Below are positions 31,531-41,620 of a DNA stretch of 64,000 nt, in pieces. The first letter of the stretch is position 1. The number at the start of each line of letters is the position of its first letter. The DNA is taken from positions 81,645 through 145,644 of the forward strand of contig JAVJWO010000193.1 in the NCBI GenBank assembly GCA_040222015.1. The letters are read 5' to 3'. The stretch comes from Coleofasciculus chthonoplastes F2-STO-03 (lineage in GTDB: Bacteria > Cyanobacteriota > Cyanobacteriia > Cyanobacteriales > Coleofasciculaceae). Under the pieces are notes generated by a model that worked only from the letters and a program-made list of their open reading frames with translations, searched no databases and had not been told where the DNA came from. The position numbers were made by a program, and so were the translations under genes.

Positions 31531-31761
31531 AAGAAGTAAGGATTTCCAAAAATATAGACAATTATTATAAATTCAATACTTAGTAAAATATGCTTTATTG
31601 TGTCATTGTTTTACTTTTAGCTATATCTCATATCTTCTATAAAATGAATTCATTTAAAAAAATATTTACTTTTTATGTTAGATTAGTTCAAATATTCAAA
31701 TTTTACACAAACCAACAATGTGGGCTTCATAGCAGATTTCACAAAAACTAAACAGCACGTC

Positions 31762-32592
31762 TTACCAATTATAACGACTCCCTAATAAAGAATACAATTT
31801 TTTATTATAAGGCAAAAAATAATCCTGCAAACGCTCCAATATTTGATTATCGTCAGAACTAATCACATATTTGGCAGCCGCATACTTCTGTTTCTGAAAT
31901 TTTTGGATTGCTTGCTGAGAAAAATGTTCGATGTTTAAGAAATCACAGACTTGCTTTAAACTTGAACCTAGATCATCGCAAAACGTAGCAAAATTCATAA
32001 CCAGAATCTTATCCTTATCAAAATAGCTATAGTAATTTTCTAGCTGTTGAACGTACTTTCCTCTGTTAATATAATTATAGGGGTATTTCGCCGTATTGGA
32101 TTCCGGATTAAATTCCTGATCAATCGCCTCAGCAAAACTCCTGTCATCGGCTCTCTCTCGCAAATGTTTGAGAGGAAGATTAGAATAGCTATGATACATC
32201 TGCCAAGCTGAGTACGCCCGATCCACAGGATTTCTGAGTATGGCAATCATTTTAATAGTTCGTAAGTCTTGTTTAATTAGCTTAGGAATATGGGGGTGGT
32301 ATATATAACTGGGTGAAGCTTCAAAGGTTAGCTTCTTGTTTTTGCCAAGCTTAGAGGGGAAGTGACTCAGATACCAGCCAAAACCTTTACTGTAATTTTC
32401 GGGATTGTCAAAGTAGTAGGTTTCTCTCCAGTTATGAGTGACCAATATCTGAGGATGTTCCGTTAAATAGTGATACAGTGATGTCGTTGCAGCGCGTTGG
32501 ACTCCAATAATTAAAAAATCTGGTGGCGAATTAAGAATTGGATATAGTGGATAGACCAGTTTCTTGATCGATTGTTTGATTGGTTTTATCAT
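31762..32592 (-). CDS. PAPS-dependent sulfotransferase with variant PSB loop
   Basis: IIGVQRAATTSL, LRNPVDRAYS. Confidence 0.88.
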   Translation of the reverse strand: MIKPIKQSIKKLVYPLYPILNSPPDFLIIGVQRAATTSLYHYLTEHPQILVTHNWRETYYFDNPENYSKGFGWYLSHFPSKLGKNKKLTFEASPSYIYHPHIPKLIKQDLRTIKMIAILRNPVDRAYSAWQMYHSYSNLPLKHLRERADDRSFAEAIDQEFNPESNTAKYPYNYINRGKYVQQLENYYSYFDKDKILVMNFATFCDDLGSSLKQVCDFLNIEHFSQQAIQKFQKQKYAAAKYVISSDDNQILERLQDYFLPYNKKLYSLLGSRYNW

Positions 32593-32682
32593 TGCACCAC
32601 TGTTTCCCAAAAGAACTTAGCTAGAGTATATAGCGGTTTCCCAATGTGTTAGGTAAACCAAAATGTAGGGACGCAATGCTTG

Positions 32683-32880
32683 CATTGGTGTTAACTTAAG
32701 CTCAACCCCTCACCCCCAGCCCCTCTCCCACGCCGGGGAGAGGGGAGCAACAAAATCCGGTTCCCCTTCTCCCCACGGAGGGAGAAGGGGTTAGGGGATG
32801 AGGGGGAAAATGTTGAGGAGTAGATAGACACAGCTTAAAACCTTGCCAGCATTGACTTTCACCTTAAATTGACACGGATG
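32683..32880 (+). mobile_element. MITE family B with 8-bp target duplication, inside a REP
   Basis: CATTGGTGTTAACTTAAG...CTTAAATTGACACGGATG flanked by AATGCTTG on both sides. Confidence 0.85.
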
Positions 32881-32936
32881 AATGCTTGCACCCCCACCAA
32901 TGTACTCCATAAGACCTAAAATTGCCATAACTCGCT

Positions 32937-33761
32937 TCACCAGGCATAACGCTCACCGAGGAATTCATACAGCTTCTGATTAAATGGAGCAAAATAACTC
33001 TTAAGAAAATCGAGTTTTTCCTCATCTTCAGGTGTTTTCTGAAATTCATATTTTCCTTTATTATGTTTTTTTTGCTGTAAGGCTTGAAGCGTTTCCTGAG
33101 AGAACTCGTCAATACCCAGAAAATTACAGACACAATTGAGGACTGAACCCAAATCCTGACGAAACCAATCCATATTCAACACTAGAATATTGTCTTTGTT
33201 AAAGTAGTTATAGTAATTTTCTAATTGATAGACATACTTGCCTCGACCCACATAGTCATAGCGAAAAGGGTAATTGGTATGATCAAAGTCGGATTGGAAT
33301 TCTTCTTCAATCGCTTCAGCAAAAGTTCTTTTATCGTAAAATCGTTTCAAATGATCGTTATCAATATCCGAGAAGCTATGAAACATCTGCCATGCTGAAT
33401 AGGCACGAGAAACAGGTTCCCTCAACACGGCTATCATTTTAAGAGTTCCCAAATCTTTTTTGATGCGTTCAGGAACAAATTCGTAGTAAAGATAGTTGGG
33501 TGAGGCATCGCAGGTTAGCTTGTTGCCTTTCTTAAGTTTAGATGGGAAATTGCCCAAATACCAGCCAAAGCCTAGATTATAATGCTCTGGGCGATCAAAG
33601 TAACGAATTTCTTTCCAGCCAGTATTACCAAAGATTTGGGGATGCTGAATGAGGTAGTTGTATAGAGAGGTGGTTCCCGCTTTCTGCGCTCCAATAATCA
33701 GGAAGTCTGGTCGGGACTTAATAATTGGATAGGTGGCATCCTTAATCAATCGCTTAATCAT
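32937..33761 (-). CDS. PAPS-dependent sulfotransferase
   Basis: IIGAQKAGTTSL, LREPVSRAYS. Confidence 0.92.
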   Translation of the reverse strand: MIKRLIKDATYPIIKSRPDFLIIGAQKAGTTSLYNYLIQHPQIFGNTGWKEIRYFDRPEHYNLGFGWYLGNFPSKLKKGNKLTCDASPNYLYYEFVPERIKKDLGTLKMIAVLREPVSRAYSAWQMFHSFSDIDNDHLKRFYDKRTFAEAIEEEFQSDFDHTNYPFRYDYVGRGKYVYQLENYYNYFNKDNILVLNMDWFRQDLGSVLNCVCNFLGIDEFSQETLQALQQKKHNKGKYEFQKTPEDEEKLDFLKSYFAPFNQKLYEFLGERYAW

Positions 33762-33955
33762 TTGAACTCCTCTACCCTATGTTGGTGAGAGTGTAATCGT
33801 ATTTTTTTCGCTTTGTATGTAGTATAGGCTAGAAATATCCACTTAGGACAAATGTCACCGCCATAAGCTAAGTTAGTAGTTGCGCTTTAGCGCCATCAGC
33901 GCCCGCATCACCTACTACAAAACATTAAATTAATGCTATTCAACTTAGAACGAAT

Positions 33956-34054
33956 GGGAGCATCCCAATTTGGCACGTTGGCTCTTTGAATGGGGCTGAA
34001 ACCCTTGCCATTGCGTTACTTGAGGTAATGCTTTGTCCAAAACGGGATGCTCCC
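33956..34054 (+). mobile_element. 99-bp MITE family C (TIR GGGAGCATCCC) with 8-bp TSD
   Basis: GAACGAAT on both sides; second copy at 51744-51842. Confidence 0.88.
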
Positions 34055-34154
34055 GAACGAATGGCACTGACTGATATGCTGGTGGGCAATGCCCACCCTA
34101 CGGTATACTAAAGGTTTAGGCGATTCCCTAATGCTTATTTCAGTGCCATTAAGC

Positions 34155-35678
34155 TTAGGACTGAATACTTGGTTCTTTAGAGAACACCCCCGAAATCGGT
34201 TCGCCGTCACTATGAGGAAGAGGCACATCAAGGAGAGACGCGATCGTCGGAGCAAAGTCTACAATGGATGTAGGATGTTCAATTCGTCTGGGTTCGATGG
34301 ACGTTCCTGACACCAAGAAAAGCCCACCTGGTTTATGATCTCCAGTCCGGCTATCCCAGTAAACCTTATCAATTTTCCCGATTTTGGCAGAGGAAACAGA
34401 AGCAATAGGCGCATTGCGGTTCCACTCGACTAAAATATCAGGATGACCCATGGGACGTTCTCCCTGGTAGATTTCGTCTGACCGGAAAATATTTCGGATT
34501 AGCGGTTCTTCTGTGTCATGGTTAACTAGTTCTGAGAGATCTTGACAGAGGGATTGGCAAAAGTCTTCATACTCTTGCCCCGGTTGGATCTTACCCTGGG
34601 GTTCACGACCCACTAGATTGATGCGAATTCCTCCGAATGCTTCACTCGAAGGAACCTGGAAACATTTGCGATTACTTAACTGTGAGATAGGTGGCTTCCC
34701 TTTACCGCGAAGATTCTGTATAGGTTTCCAGAGCCGTTTTTTGAGTTGCCGGAGAAACTTATATCGCTTTAAAGAATTCAGGGTATTGCTAACCTCTTGA
34801 TGCATTACTGCTCTCTGAGGATTTTCAATCCGTAAAAGGATTTCATCAAGAACATGCACCCCGGTATAGTTCGGACCCATGCCTGTACTAGCAAAAATAA
34901 AAACAGTTGTTTCTGGACTCACCTGCTGTAAGAGTTCCCCAATGGCAGCATCAATAGCGATATAGATATCCTTCATCGGGTTTCCCAGAGAACGAGCAAT
35001 CTCTGGATCATATTCTGGGTGATTGGGATCATGAAGATGCCAACATTGGTGACCTGCCCAGTGAGCTTCACGAAAAGCTGTCAGAAAAAAGTCCCATTCG
35101 TCGTCTTGTTTGAGTAAATGACTAACCAGCTTAGTTTTCTTTTCGATGCTAGTCATCAAATTTTGACGGAAGTCCTTTAAGTCAGCCAAACTGCGTCCAG
35201 CAGTACGCCAACTGCCAATCGGTTCTTTCCCCAAGCTAGTTTCTAATTCAACGGCTAAAGACGACGGATAGGTCTGAATTGATGAAGTTTTTTGACTATA
35301 ACTATGGCGTTCAATGATCTGAATCCCATTGAGGTCGTCAGCCAGAGGAGCCTCTGGAGAATCAATTAAGGCAACTTTACGACCCGCTCGACTGAGAACA
35401 TTCCAGAAGGGTTCCCATGGAAACCCAAAGGGTTTTATATCATAAGTACCTGGCTGAATCTGCTGCGCCCAATAACGACCGTGTTGAGCGGGTGAAACGC
35501 CACTTAAAAAAGTAGGCCAATGGCAGCCGTTGATTCCGGGTGGATCTTGGGTGATTCCCCATGCTCCTTTTTGCAGAAGAGATTGGATAGTTGGCAGCAA
35601 ACCCTCATCTGCCCACTGACGGATTAAATCTCTATCTGCTCCATCAAGGCCAATAAAAAGCATTTTTCTTAAAATCAT
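34155..35678 (-). CDS. alkaline-phosphatase-superfamily (NPP/phosphodiesterase-like) protein
   Basis: IGLDGA, G.LP, W..F.SG..P..HG, IRINLVGREPQG, TGDH..GG. Confidence 0.8.
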   Translation of the reverse strand: MILRKMLFIGLDGADRDLIRQWADEGLLPTIQSLLQKGAWGITQDPPGINGCHWPTFLSGVSPAQHGRYWAQQIQPGTYDIKPFGFPWEPFWNVLSRAGRKVALIDSPEAPLADDLNGIQIIERHSYSQKTSSIQTYPSSLAVELETSLGKEPIGSWRTAGRSLADLKDFRQNLMTSIEKKTKLVSHLLKQDDEWDFFLTAFREAHWAGHQCWHLHDPNHPEYDPEIARSLGNPMKDIYIAIDAAIGELLQQVSPETTVFIFASTGMGPNYTGVHVLDEILLRIENPQRAVMHQEVSNTLNSLKRYKFLRQLKKRLWKPIQNLRGKGKPPISQLSNRKCFQVPSSEAFGGIRINLVGREPQGKIQPGQEYEDFCQSLCQDLSELVNHDTEEPLIRNIFRSDEIYQGERPMGHPDILVEWNRNAPIASVSSAKIGKIDKVYWDSRTGDHKPGGLFLVSGTSIEPRRIEHPTSIVDFAPTIASLLDVPLPHSDGEPISGVFSKEPSIQS

Positions 35679-35704
35679 CAGGAAAGATTTAGGTGGGAAC
35701 AAAC

Positions 35705-35803
35705 TATAGCAATCCTACTTGAGTTGTGACAAGGGAGTAGATTGAAACCTAGGTATAGCGAGGCTCTAAGTTTTAAAAATTGCCACAACCTATTTAGGAT
35801 TAT
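35705..35803. repeat. MITE-like element with imperfect TIRs
   Basis: AATCCTACTTGAGTTGTG ... CACAACCTATTTAGGATT. Confidence 0.55.
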
Positions 35804-35826
35804 TTCTCGATTAAGCTTCTATTGGT

Positions 35827-36609
35827 TCAGGATTCATCTTTTCTCTTTACCTTCTTTTTCCTCGAATAGGCTTGTTTGAGCAAGGGTACAAACCCTAACG
35901 CTGTGCCTGTACCCAGTAAAGTGATAGGTTCTGGGACATTCGCTACTTGATTGCCATGGGTAATCACACGAAATGGGTCCATGCCATCAGCTGTCCACAA
36001 AGAAAATGTTAATGTACTTCCACTAAAACTAAGAGTGTCTATAATATTGTCTAGTCCATTATATCCTAAACGACCAAATTGAGTATCTTCTGGAGCTAAC
36101 AAAGCATGGGTTGCATCAAGTCCATTGACAGTTCTAATGGTCGGAATTATGCCAAGAATATCCGAGTCAAATGTAATAGTCCCATCCCATTTACTTCCAG
36201 CTAAAGAGGTTCCTGGTGGATCGACAAAAATGAAATGGCTACTGATAAGAGTCCCCGATGAAATGGTAAGGTTTGGAGGAGTTGGTTGCCTACCCACACC
36301 GCCCTCAAAATCGCTGGGAACGTACCCATCCCATAGCCTAATCTCCTGGGTAAGCCTCAAGTTTTGTTTTTCATTAAAGGCAAAAACGCTATCACCTTCA
36401 AAATTTTGGGCAGCTACGTATGAGGGAGGAGGATCGAAAACAGTAATGTTGGAGTTACCAAGCGGTTGACTACCTATTCGTCCTGTAAAACTACCTCCTA
36501 CAACTGCCGCATCTGATGGGTTAGTTGCTAAAACAACAGCACAAACAGCAGCTACCTGTAAACCTTTAAGTAAGGGAGTCTTCATTTCTTGCACTCGTGT
36601 CATCTCCAA
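35827..36609 (-). CDS. PEP-CTERM sorting-domain surface protein
   Basis: Signal-like N-terminus (…VLATNPSDA); C-terminal VPEP + hydrophobic stretch + RKKKVKRK; start uncertain. Confidence 0.85.
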   Translation of the reverse strand: MEMTRVQEMKTPLLKGLQVAAVCAVVLATNPSDAAVVGGSFTGRIGSQPLGNSNITVFDPPPSYVAAQNFEGDSVFAFNEKQNLRLTQEIRLWDGYVPSDFEGGVGRQPTPPNLTISSGTLISSHFIFVDPPGTSLAGSKWDGTITFDSDILGIIPTIRTVNGLDATHALLAPEDTQFGRLGYNGLDNIIDTLSFSGSTLTFSLWTADGMDPFRVITHGNQVANVPEPITLLGTGTALGFVPLLKQAYSRKKKVKRKDES

Positions 36610-36928
36610 AGTATTCTTACCGTTTGTCCGGTTGAATTACTAAAACATCCAGATAATACTCTATTTACCTGAGTTTTCAAACAAGTTACTCTACCTACAG
36701 GAAGAATCCAAAGGTGTAGATACTCGTTTAATTCCTCACAAATATAGAGATCCTGTTGCAAATTCTTCTTAAATAGTAAAGCATAACAGCAAATGATTGC
36801 GTGAAGTAACAGTAAAGAATACTGCCGATAACCTTAAAGATACTGTAAAGCCAAGGAAGGCATGAACAGTTTTAGAGGACAGGGCAAACACAATATATTA
36901 ATACCGATACCTGCCTTCACCTACTTAG

Positions 36929-38617
36929 TCAGGTTCTTACCCCATCAACCACACCCTCACTCCTGACCAAAGGCAACGGTTTCCCCTGTAAGCGTTTCGG
37001 GATCTGCGCTCCCATCAACTCCAGAATCGTTGGTCCCAAATCCATGACATGACCCTCTGATAAACTAGACCCCGCCTCAATACCCAAACCCAACGCCATA
37101 ATAAACCCTTCTGGACGATGACTTCCTCCCCGATAAGGCGGTAAAGGACCAAACCGCCCATACTCAGGACTATCCATCACATCCGTAGGATACTCTTCCT
37201 GCCATACCACAATTAAATCCGCATCCGGTAACTTCGGATCGCGCTCATTCGGATCGTTCCTCGTCCGCACAATGCGCTTAACCATCGGTATCCCCTTACG
37301 GGCATCTTTAAGCGCATAAAGCTTCTCACACAGCTCATCACACAGAGCATGATACTCCGACGGCGGCACAATCCCTTGCGGTTCTCGTCCCTGAAGGTTA
37401 ATCCGGATATACCCTTCCGCAAAACTAGGCAGAGCAAATGCCTTCATCGAAGACCATAACGGTTTATACCATTGAGCTGGATTCCAAGGAACCACCCGTT
37501 CTCCTTGTCGTACCAGTTGGAAGGGCGAGGCTAAATCTCCCGCCTCAGTCTTATCCAGAAACGGTTCAATCAACTTGAACAGTCGCGAAGGGGTTTCCCG
37601 TCTGAGAAAACGACGCAGGGGATTCGCATCATACTTAGTTCCCCAGACATGGCGCTCCCACCAATTCCATTTCATCTTCGTAATCAGTGGTGGCACAGGA
37701 TCTGACACTTCACCATACCCCAATGCCCATTTCCCCGGAAAATTAAAGCGATACAGAAACTCAGCCAAAAAGATAAAGCTGGGTAAATCAATCGTCGCCG
37801 CGCCCGTACCATGAGCAGAAAACAGAACAATATAAGCATCATCAGGCGCCTTCGTCAAAATCTCCCCGATCGCCCGATCCATTTCCTGATACACTGCCAG
37901 CAGTGGGTCATGGGAGACACGGGATCTGAGAGATTCATACAACGGATGATCCGCTTGACTCAAGTGCCAAAACAGATGACCCCCAGAATGCGGGTCATTG
38001 AATACCGTCAAAAATAAATCCCAGTTTTCCCGTTCTAGCAAATCCTGGCAAATCGCCGATCGCCGTTCAATGCCAGTCTTTAATCGTTCCTCAACCTGAA
38101 ACGCTTGTTTTAAGTCCAGACATACGGCATAGTCATTATGTAATGCTGGACTCGCACCGTGCTTATCTACCAGTTCTTGGTAAAGGGATTCCGGAAGCGA
38201 ACCCGTCTCCACTTGCGGCGAATGCGCTCCCCAAGCCGCCACCTGTACCCCATTAATCTGATCCGTCAGCCGTACTTGAGGCACATCAAATGCCGCGACT
38301 CGATACTCCTCACCCAAGGCGTAAAAAGCGGGATACTCTTTAAAATTATAAGCCGCACGGGTTTCAAACTCATACGTCCCTTCCCGCAACCCCATGTGCG
38401 CCCAGAACCCTGTTTTCTGGGGTGGATTCCCTGTAGCAAAGGTAGTCCAAGCGGTTTCCACATTCGAGTCCCGGAAATTTTCCAGACGCCCATAGATTCC
38501 TTGTTGCCGCAGACGGCTAATATTTTCCAGATACCCTTGCGCCATCCACTTTTCCAGTAGGGAGGGTTCAGCCGCATCTAGCCCGATGGCGATAACCGGA
38601 TTTTTGCCCTCTACCAT
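36929..38617 (-). CDS. alkaline-phosphatase-superfamily (NPP/phosphodiesterase-like) protein
   Basis: IGLDAA, AWTTFATG.P...G, YIRINLQGREPQG, GSHRPEG. Confidence 0.8.
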   Translation of the reverse strand: MVEGKNPVIAIGLDAAEPSLLEKWMAQGYLENISRLRQQGIYGRLENFRDSNVETAWTTFATGNPPQKTGFWAHMGLREGTYEFETRAAYNFKEYPAFYALGEEYRVAAFDVPQVRLTDQINGVQVAAWGAHSPQVETGSLPESLYQELVDKHGASPALHNDYAVCLDLKQAFQVEERLKTGIERRSAICQDLLERENWDLFLTVFNDPHSGGHLFWHLSQADHPLYESLRSRVSHDPLLAVYQEMDRAIGEILTKAPDDAYIVLFSAHGTGAATIDLPSFIFLAEFLYRFNFPGKWALGYGEVSDPVPPLITKMKWNWWERHVWGTKYDANPLRRFLRRETPSRLFKLIEPFLDKTEAGDLASPFQLVRQGERVVPWNPAQWYKPLWSSMKAFALPSFAEGYIRINLQGREPQGIVPPSEYHALCDELCEKLYALKDARKGIPMVKRIVRTRNDPNERDPKLPDADLIVVWQEEYPTDVMDSPEYGRFGPLPPYRGGSHRPEGFIMALGLGIEAGSSLSEGHVMDLGPTILELMGAQIPKRLQGKPLPLVRSEGVVDGVRT

Positions 38618-38809
38618 ACAATCAGCCTCGGTTTAGTTTGTCGTACTTTGTTTTAATTTAGCAGAAAATACGGGTTCAGTAAATATACGATTGAGATCAA
38701 GTCTGGCTAGACAATGCGTCTATCGTCGGATTTTTCACGGCGTCTGTTGGCGACAGACAAAGTGAAGATGGAGAGGACAGAATCGCTTCCTCTTTTCCGC
38801 TTCTATCCT

Positions 38810-39940
38810 TTAGGCAACTATCTCAGTAATTATCTGATACATCCGTTCTCCCCATTTATCCCAATTCAAACGCTGATCATATTCTCGGCGAGACGAGTGA
38901 ACTAATTGCTGATATGTACTGGGGTCTGAGATAGTCTGGGCGATTAAATCAGCATACTCTTCCCCTGACGCCGATCGCGATAACATATAGCCGTTGTTAC
39001 CATTCTTAACAATCGTCGGTATGCCGCCCACTTCAGTCGTCAGTACAGGCAAACCAAAGGCGTTAGCCTCACAAATCACAATTGGTGAACATTCCGCACG
39101 AGTTGGGAAAATGAAAAAATGTGAGTCTAAAAATAGCTGATTGAGTTGCTGACGCTGCTGGGGTACATTTTTATTCAAATAGGGAATCACCGTCAGCTTT
39201 TCATGTTGAATCGGGGGTATAGTCCCCACCACAACTAACTCCGCATCGACTCCCATTCCCAGTAAAGCTACTAGCGTATCAAAGGCAATTGTCCCCCCTT
39301 TTCTTTGCCAGTCTTTGCCTACGAATAGAAGACGACAAGGTGAAGATATTTTTTTGCCAATAACATCCTCAGCCAATGGGGGATCGTCTAAATTCGCACC
39401 AAAGGGGACAAATTCTACTTTTTCAGCATCCGATTGATAATCATCAATCGCTGAATTTGCCGCCCATTCCGAAGAATAGATGACTTTTTGAGATTTTAAT
39501 ATAGCCGCTTTTTCTTGATTTTCTTTCCAGTTTATTTCTTCAGTATCCAAAGCCAATGGATAATATTTTTTATATAAAATAAATGTAACATCAGACAAGT
39601 AAATTATCGGTTTATTGCTATTAAAAAAACTTAATTCTTCTGAAGCCACAGGCGCGACAATAACATCGCAGGGTGTCTTAAGAAGTTGTTTTTGTACCTG
39701 ATAAGCAAATTTTGTATACTCAACGATATAATCTTGAGAGCCTAGTTTTAAAGAAGTCTTTTTGGGATGAAAGTAATGCCTAAGCTTGCGCCAGGGTGAA
39801 GGCATCTCGGCATTGCCCAGATTAAAAACTTGCAACGGTTGACTGATTAAGGATTGATGCATTGAATAAAGCGTTCCGGAAAACGCATTCCTATCTAGGT
39901 AATTTTGACGCGATAAAAATCCAACTCGCGGTTTTGGCAT
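38810..39940 (-). CDS. GT4 glycosyltransferase
   Basis: FVGKDWQRKGG, AECSPIVICEANAFGLP. Confidence 0.9.
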   Translation of the reverse strand: MPKPRVGFLSRQNYLDRNAFSGTLYSMHQSLISQPLQVFNLGNAEMPSPWRKLRHYFHPKKTSLKLGSQDYIVEYTKFAYQVQKQLLKTPCDVIVAPVASEELSFFNSNKPIIYLSDVTFILYKKYYPLALDTEEINWKENQEKAAILKSQKVIYSSEWAANSAIDDYQSDAEKVEFVPFGANLDDPPLAEDVIGKKISSPCRLLFVGKDWQRKGGTIAFDTLVALLGMGVDAELVVVGTIPPIQHEKLTVIPYLNKNVPQQRQQLNQLFLDSHFFIFPTRAECSPIVICEANAFGLPVLTTEVGGIPTIVKNGNNGYMLSRSASGEEYADLIAQTISDPSTYQQLVHSSRREYDQRLNWDKWGERMYQIITEIVA

Positions 39941-40163
39941 GGCAAGCGTACCTCAGTGTTATTGGCTCAAGGGTTAATCCAGTGATATTTTCGCACAGCT
40001 TTAAGAAAACTAAAAATTCCGGTGTCAGGTTCAGTTGACACGGATGACAGAGGTCAAAGTGCGCTCACCGATATGTGCCCAAGTTTTAGTCAGTGATGCG
40101 AGTGCTTATGGCGAAGACAGCGCAACTACGAACCTAGATTCACCATCCAAAAAAATACAAAGC

Positions 40164-41597
40164 TTAAATTTCTTCCTGGCTTCCCTGATCCCTTACAGTC
40201 CCAACCAAGTGTTTCTTTTGAGGCAATGAACGCCTTGGTATCGATGAGCGAATACTTCTTCTCTTGCTAGTCTCGACCGGATTTAGTATCAACCCTGCTA
40301 GACCCCCATTAATTACCGTATACACTGGATTGGCCTGAGCATTCAAGAGACCATCCACCACGTACAGCGTTAAGACCATGGCTAAGACGGCTGACGGTGC
40401 TACTTTAGGGTTAGACCAGGAATGAGCCGGATAACGCAGACAAAAACAGGCAGGGGGAAGTAACCGAGCTGCCATTATGCTAATGAGTCCAATAGAACCA
40501 TTGGTACCAAAGGCGATAATCCAGAAACTATCTGTAATCGAGACATCCACCAGCTCACCTGCCCAGTTATAGTCATAGACACGACTTCTTCCCCATCCCC
40601 CCCAGCCAAAAATCGGTCGCTGTCTAGCTTTATCCCCAAGCAACTCCTCGTTATCGAGTCTAAACTCCAATGATTCAGCTCGCTCTTGGGTTGTAACATC
40701 GGCTAAAAAGGAAACCAGTTGGTTCTTCATATCCCCCGTAAAGTTCCCCGTTGCTCCCAAAAAAAGGTAAGACGAGATACTCACAACCAGCAATAATAAC
40801 GGAAAGGTTGTGCGAAACCAGCGAGTGAGGAACAAAATGGCAACCCCAAAGAACAAATAAATGTAGGCACCTGTAGATTTAACTAAGACAAAGGTGATCA
40901 GTAACACCGCCACCAACCAACTTATCGGGATACCCCAGAGTTTTTTGAGTAACCCACTTCGCCACAGCCAAATCCCAATTAGTGTCGCTGCCATCATCCA
41001 CATCCCCAAGGTTAAGCCATGTCTCATAAAGACCATGGGTCTATATCCACCGTAGCGGATTGTCATCAAAAAACTGGTGGGAGCAAAGCCGTAAACCATG
41101 GCATGTAGTTGGGGACTCATGCGGATTTCATACAAGCATAGAGGCACATAAATCAATCCACCCAAGAAGATGCCAATTGCCAGCTTCTGCAAGCCAGCCC
41201 AGTTATTCAGATATATCCGACCGAGGAAATAAGGTATGCCCCACTGTACAATTTGACCAAACGAGGCTGAGAGTCCATCGTAAAGACCCAGATTATTAGT
41301 GAGGGAGGAGGCTAATGGGGAAAAACACCAAATCAGCATGGGTACATCCAGCCAGCCGAATTTAAAGCTCTGGAAGCGTCCCACATCGTATATTAACGTT
41401 GCCAGCAAGATACCATAGCAGGTTGCCGACATTTTAGTATAGTCAGGTAAACCGGGAAGGGGGTAACTGGCTTGGGGGAGGAATTGCCATGCCACAATGA
41501 AGCTGATCACAACTGCCCACTGGGCTGGAAATCGCTTAAATAAGTAGAGGACGGCTGGAATCCAGCCAAACATAACTAGGGGAACTAGAGGACTCAT
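40164..41597 (-). CDS. O-antigen ligase/polymerase (Wzy-like) membrane protein
   Basis: Many TMs; KSTGA, SLEFR, RPIFGWGGWG, DS.WI...G..G. Confidence 0.8.
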   Translation of the reverse strand: MSPLVPLVMFGWIPAVLYLFKRFPAQWAVVISFIVAWQFLPQASYPLPGLPDYTKMSATCYGILLATLIYDVGRFQSFKFGWLDVPMLIWCFSPLASSLTNNLGLYDGLSASFGQIVQWGIPYFLGRIYLNNWAGLQKLAIGIFLGGLIYVPLCLYEIRMSPQLHAMVYGFAPTSFLMTIRYGGYRPMVFMRHGLTLGMWMMAATLIGIWLWRSGLLKKLWGIPISWLVAVLLITFVLVKSTGAYIYLFFGVAILFLTRWFRTTFPLLLLVVSISSYLFLGATGNFTGDMKNQLVSFLADVTTQERAESLEFRLDNEELLGDKARQRPIFGWGGWGRSRVYDYNWAGELVDVSITDSFWIIAFGTNGSIGLISIMAARLLPPACFCLRYPAHSWSNPKVAPSAVLAMVLTLYVVDGLLNAQANPVYTVINGGLAGLILNPVETSKRRSIRSSIPRRSLPQKKHLVGTVRDQGSQEEI

Positions 41598-41620
41598 CAG
41601 GTTTGGGGATATTCCCTAAA

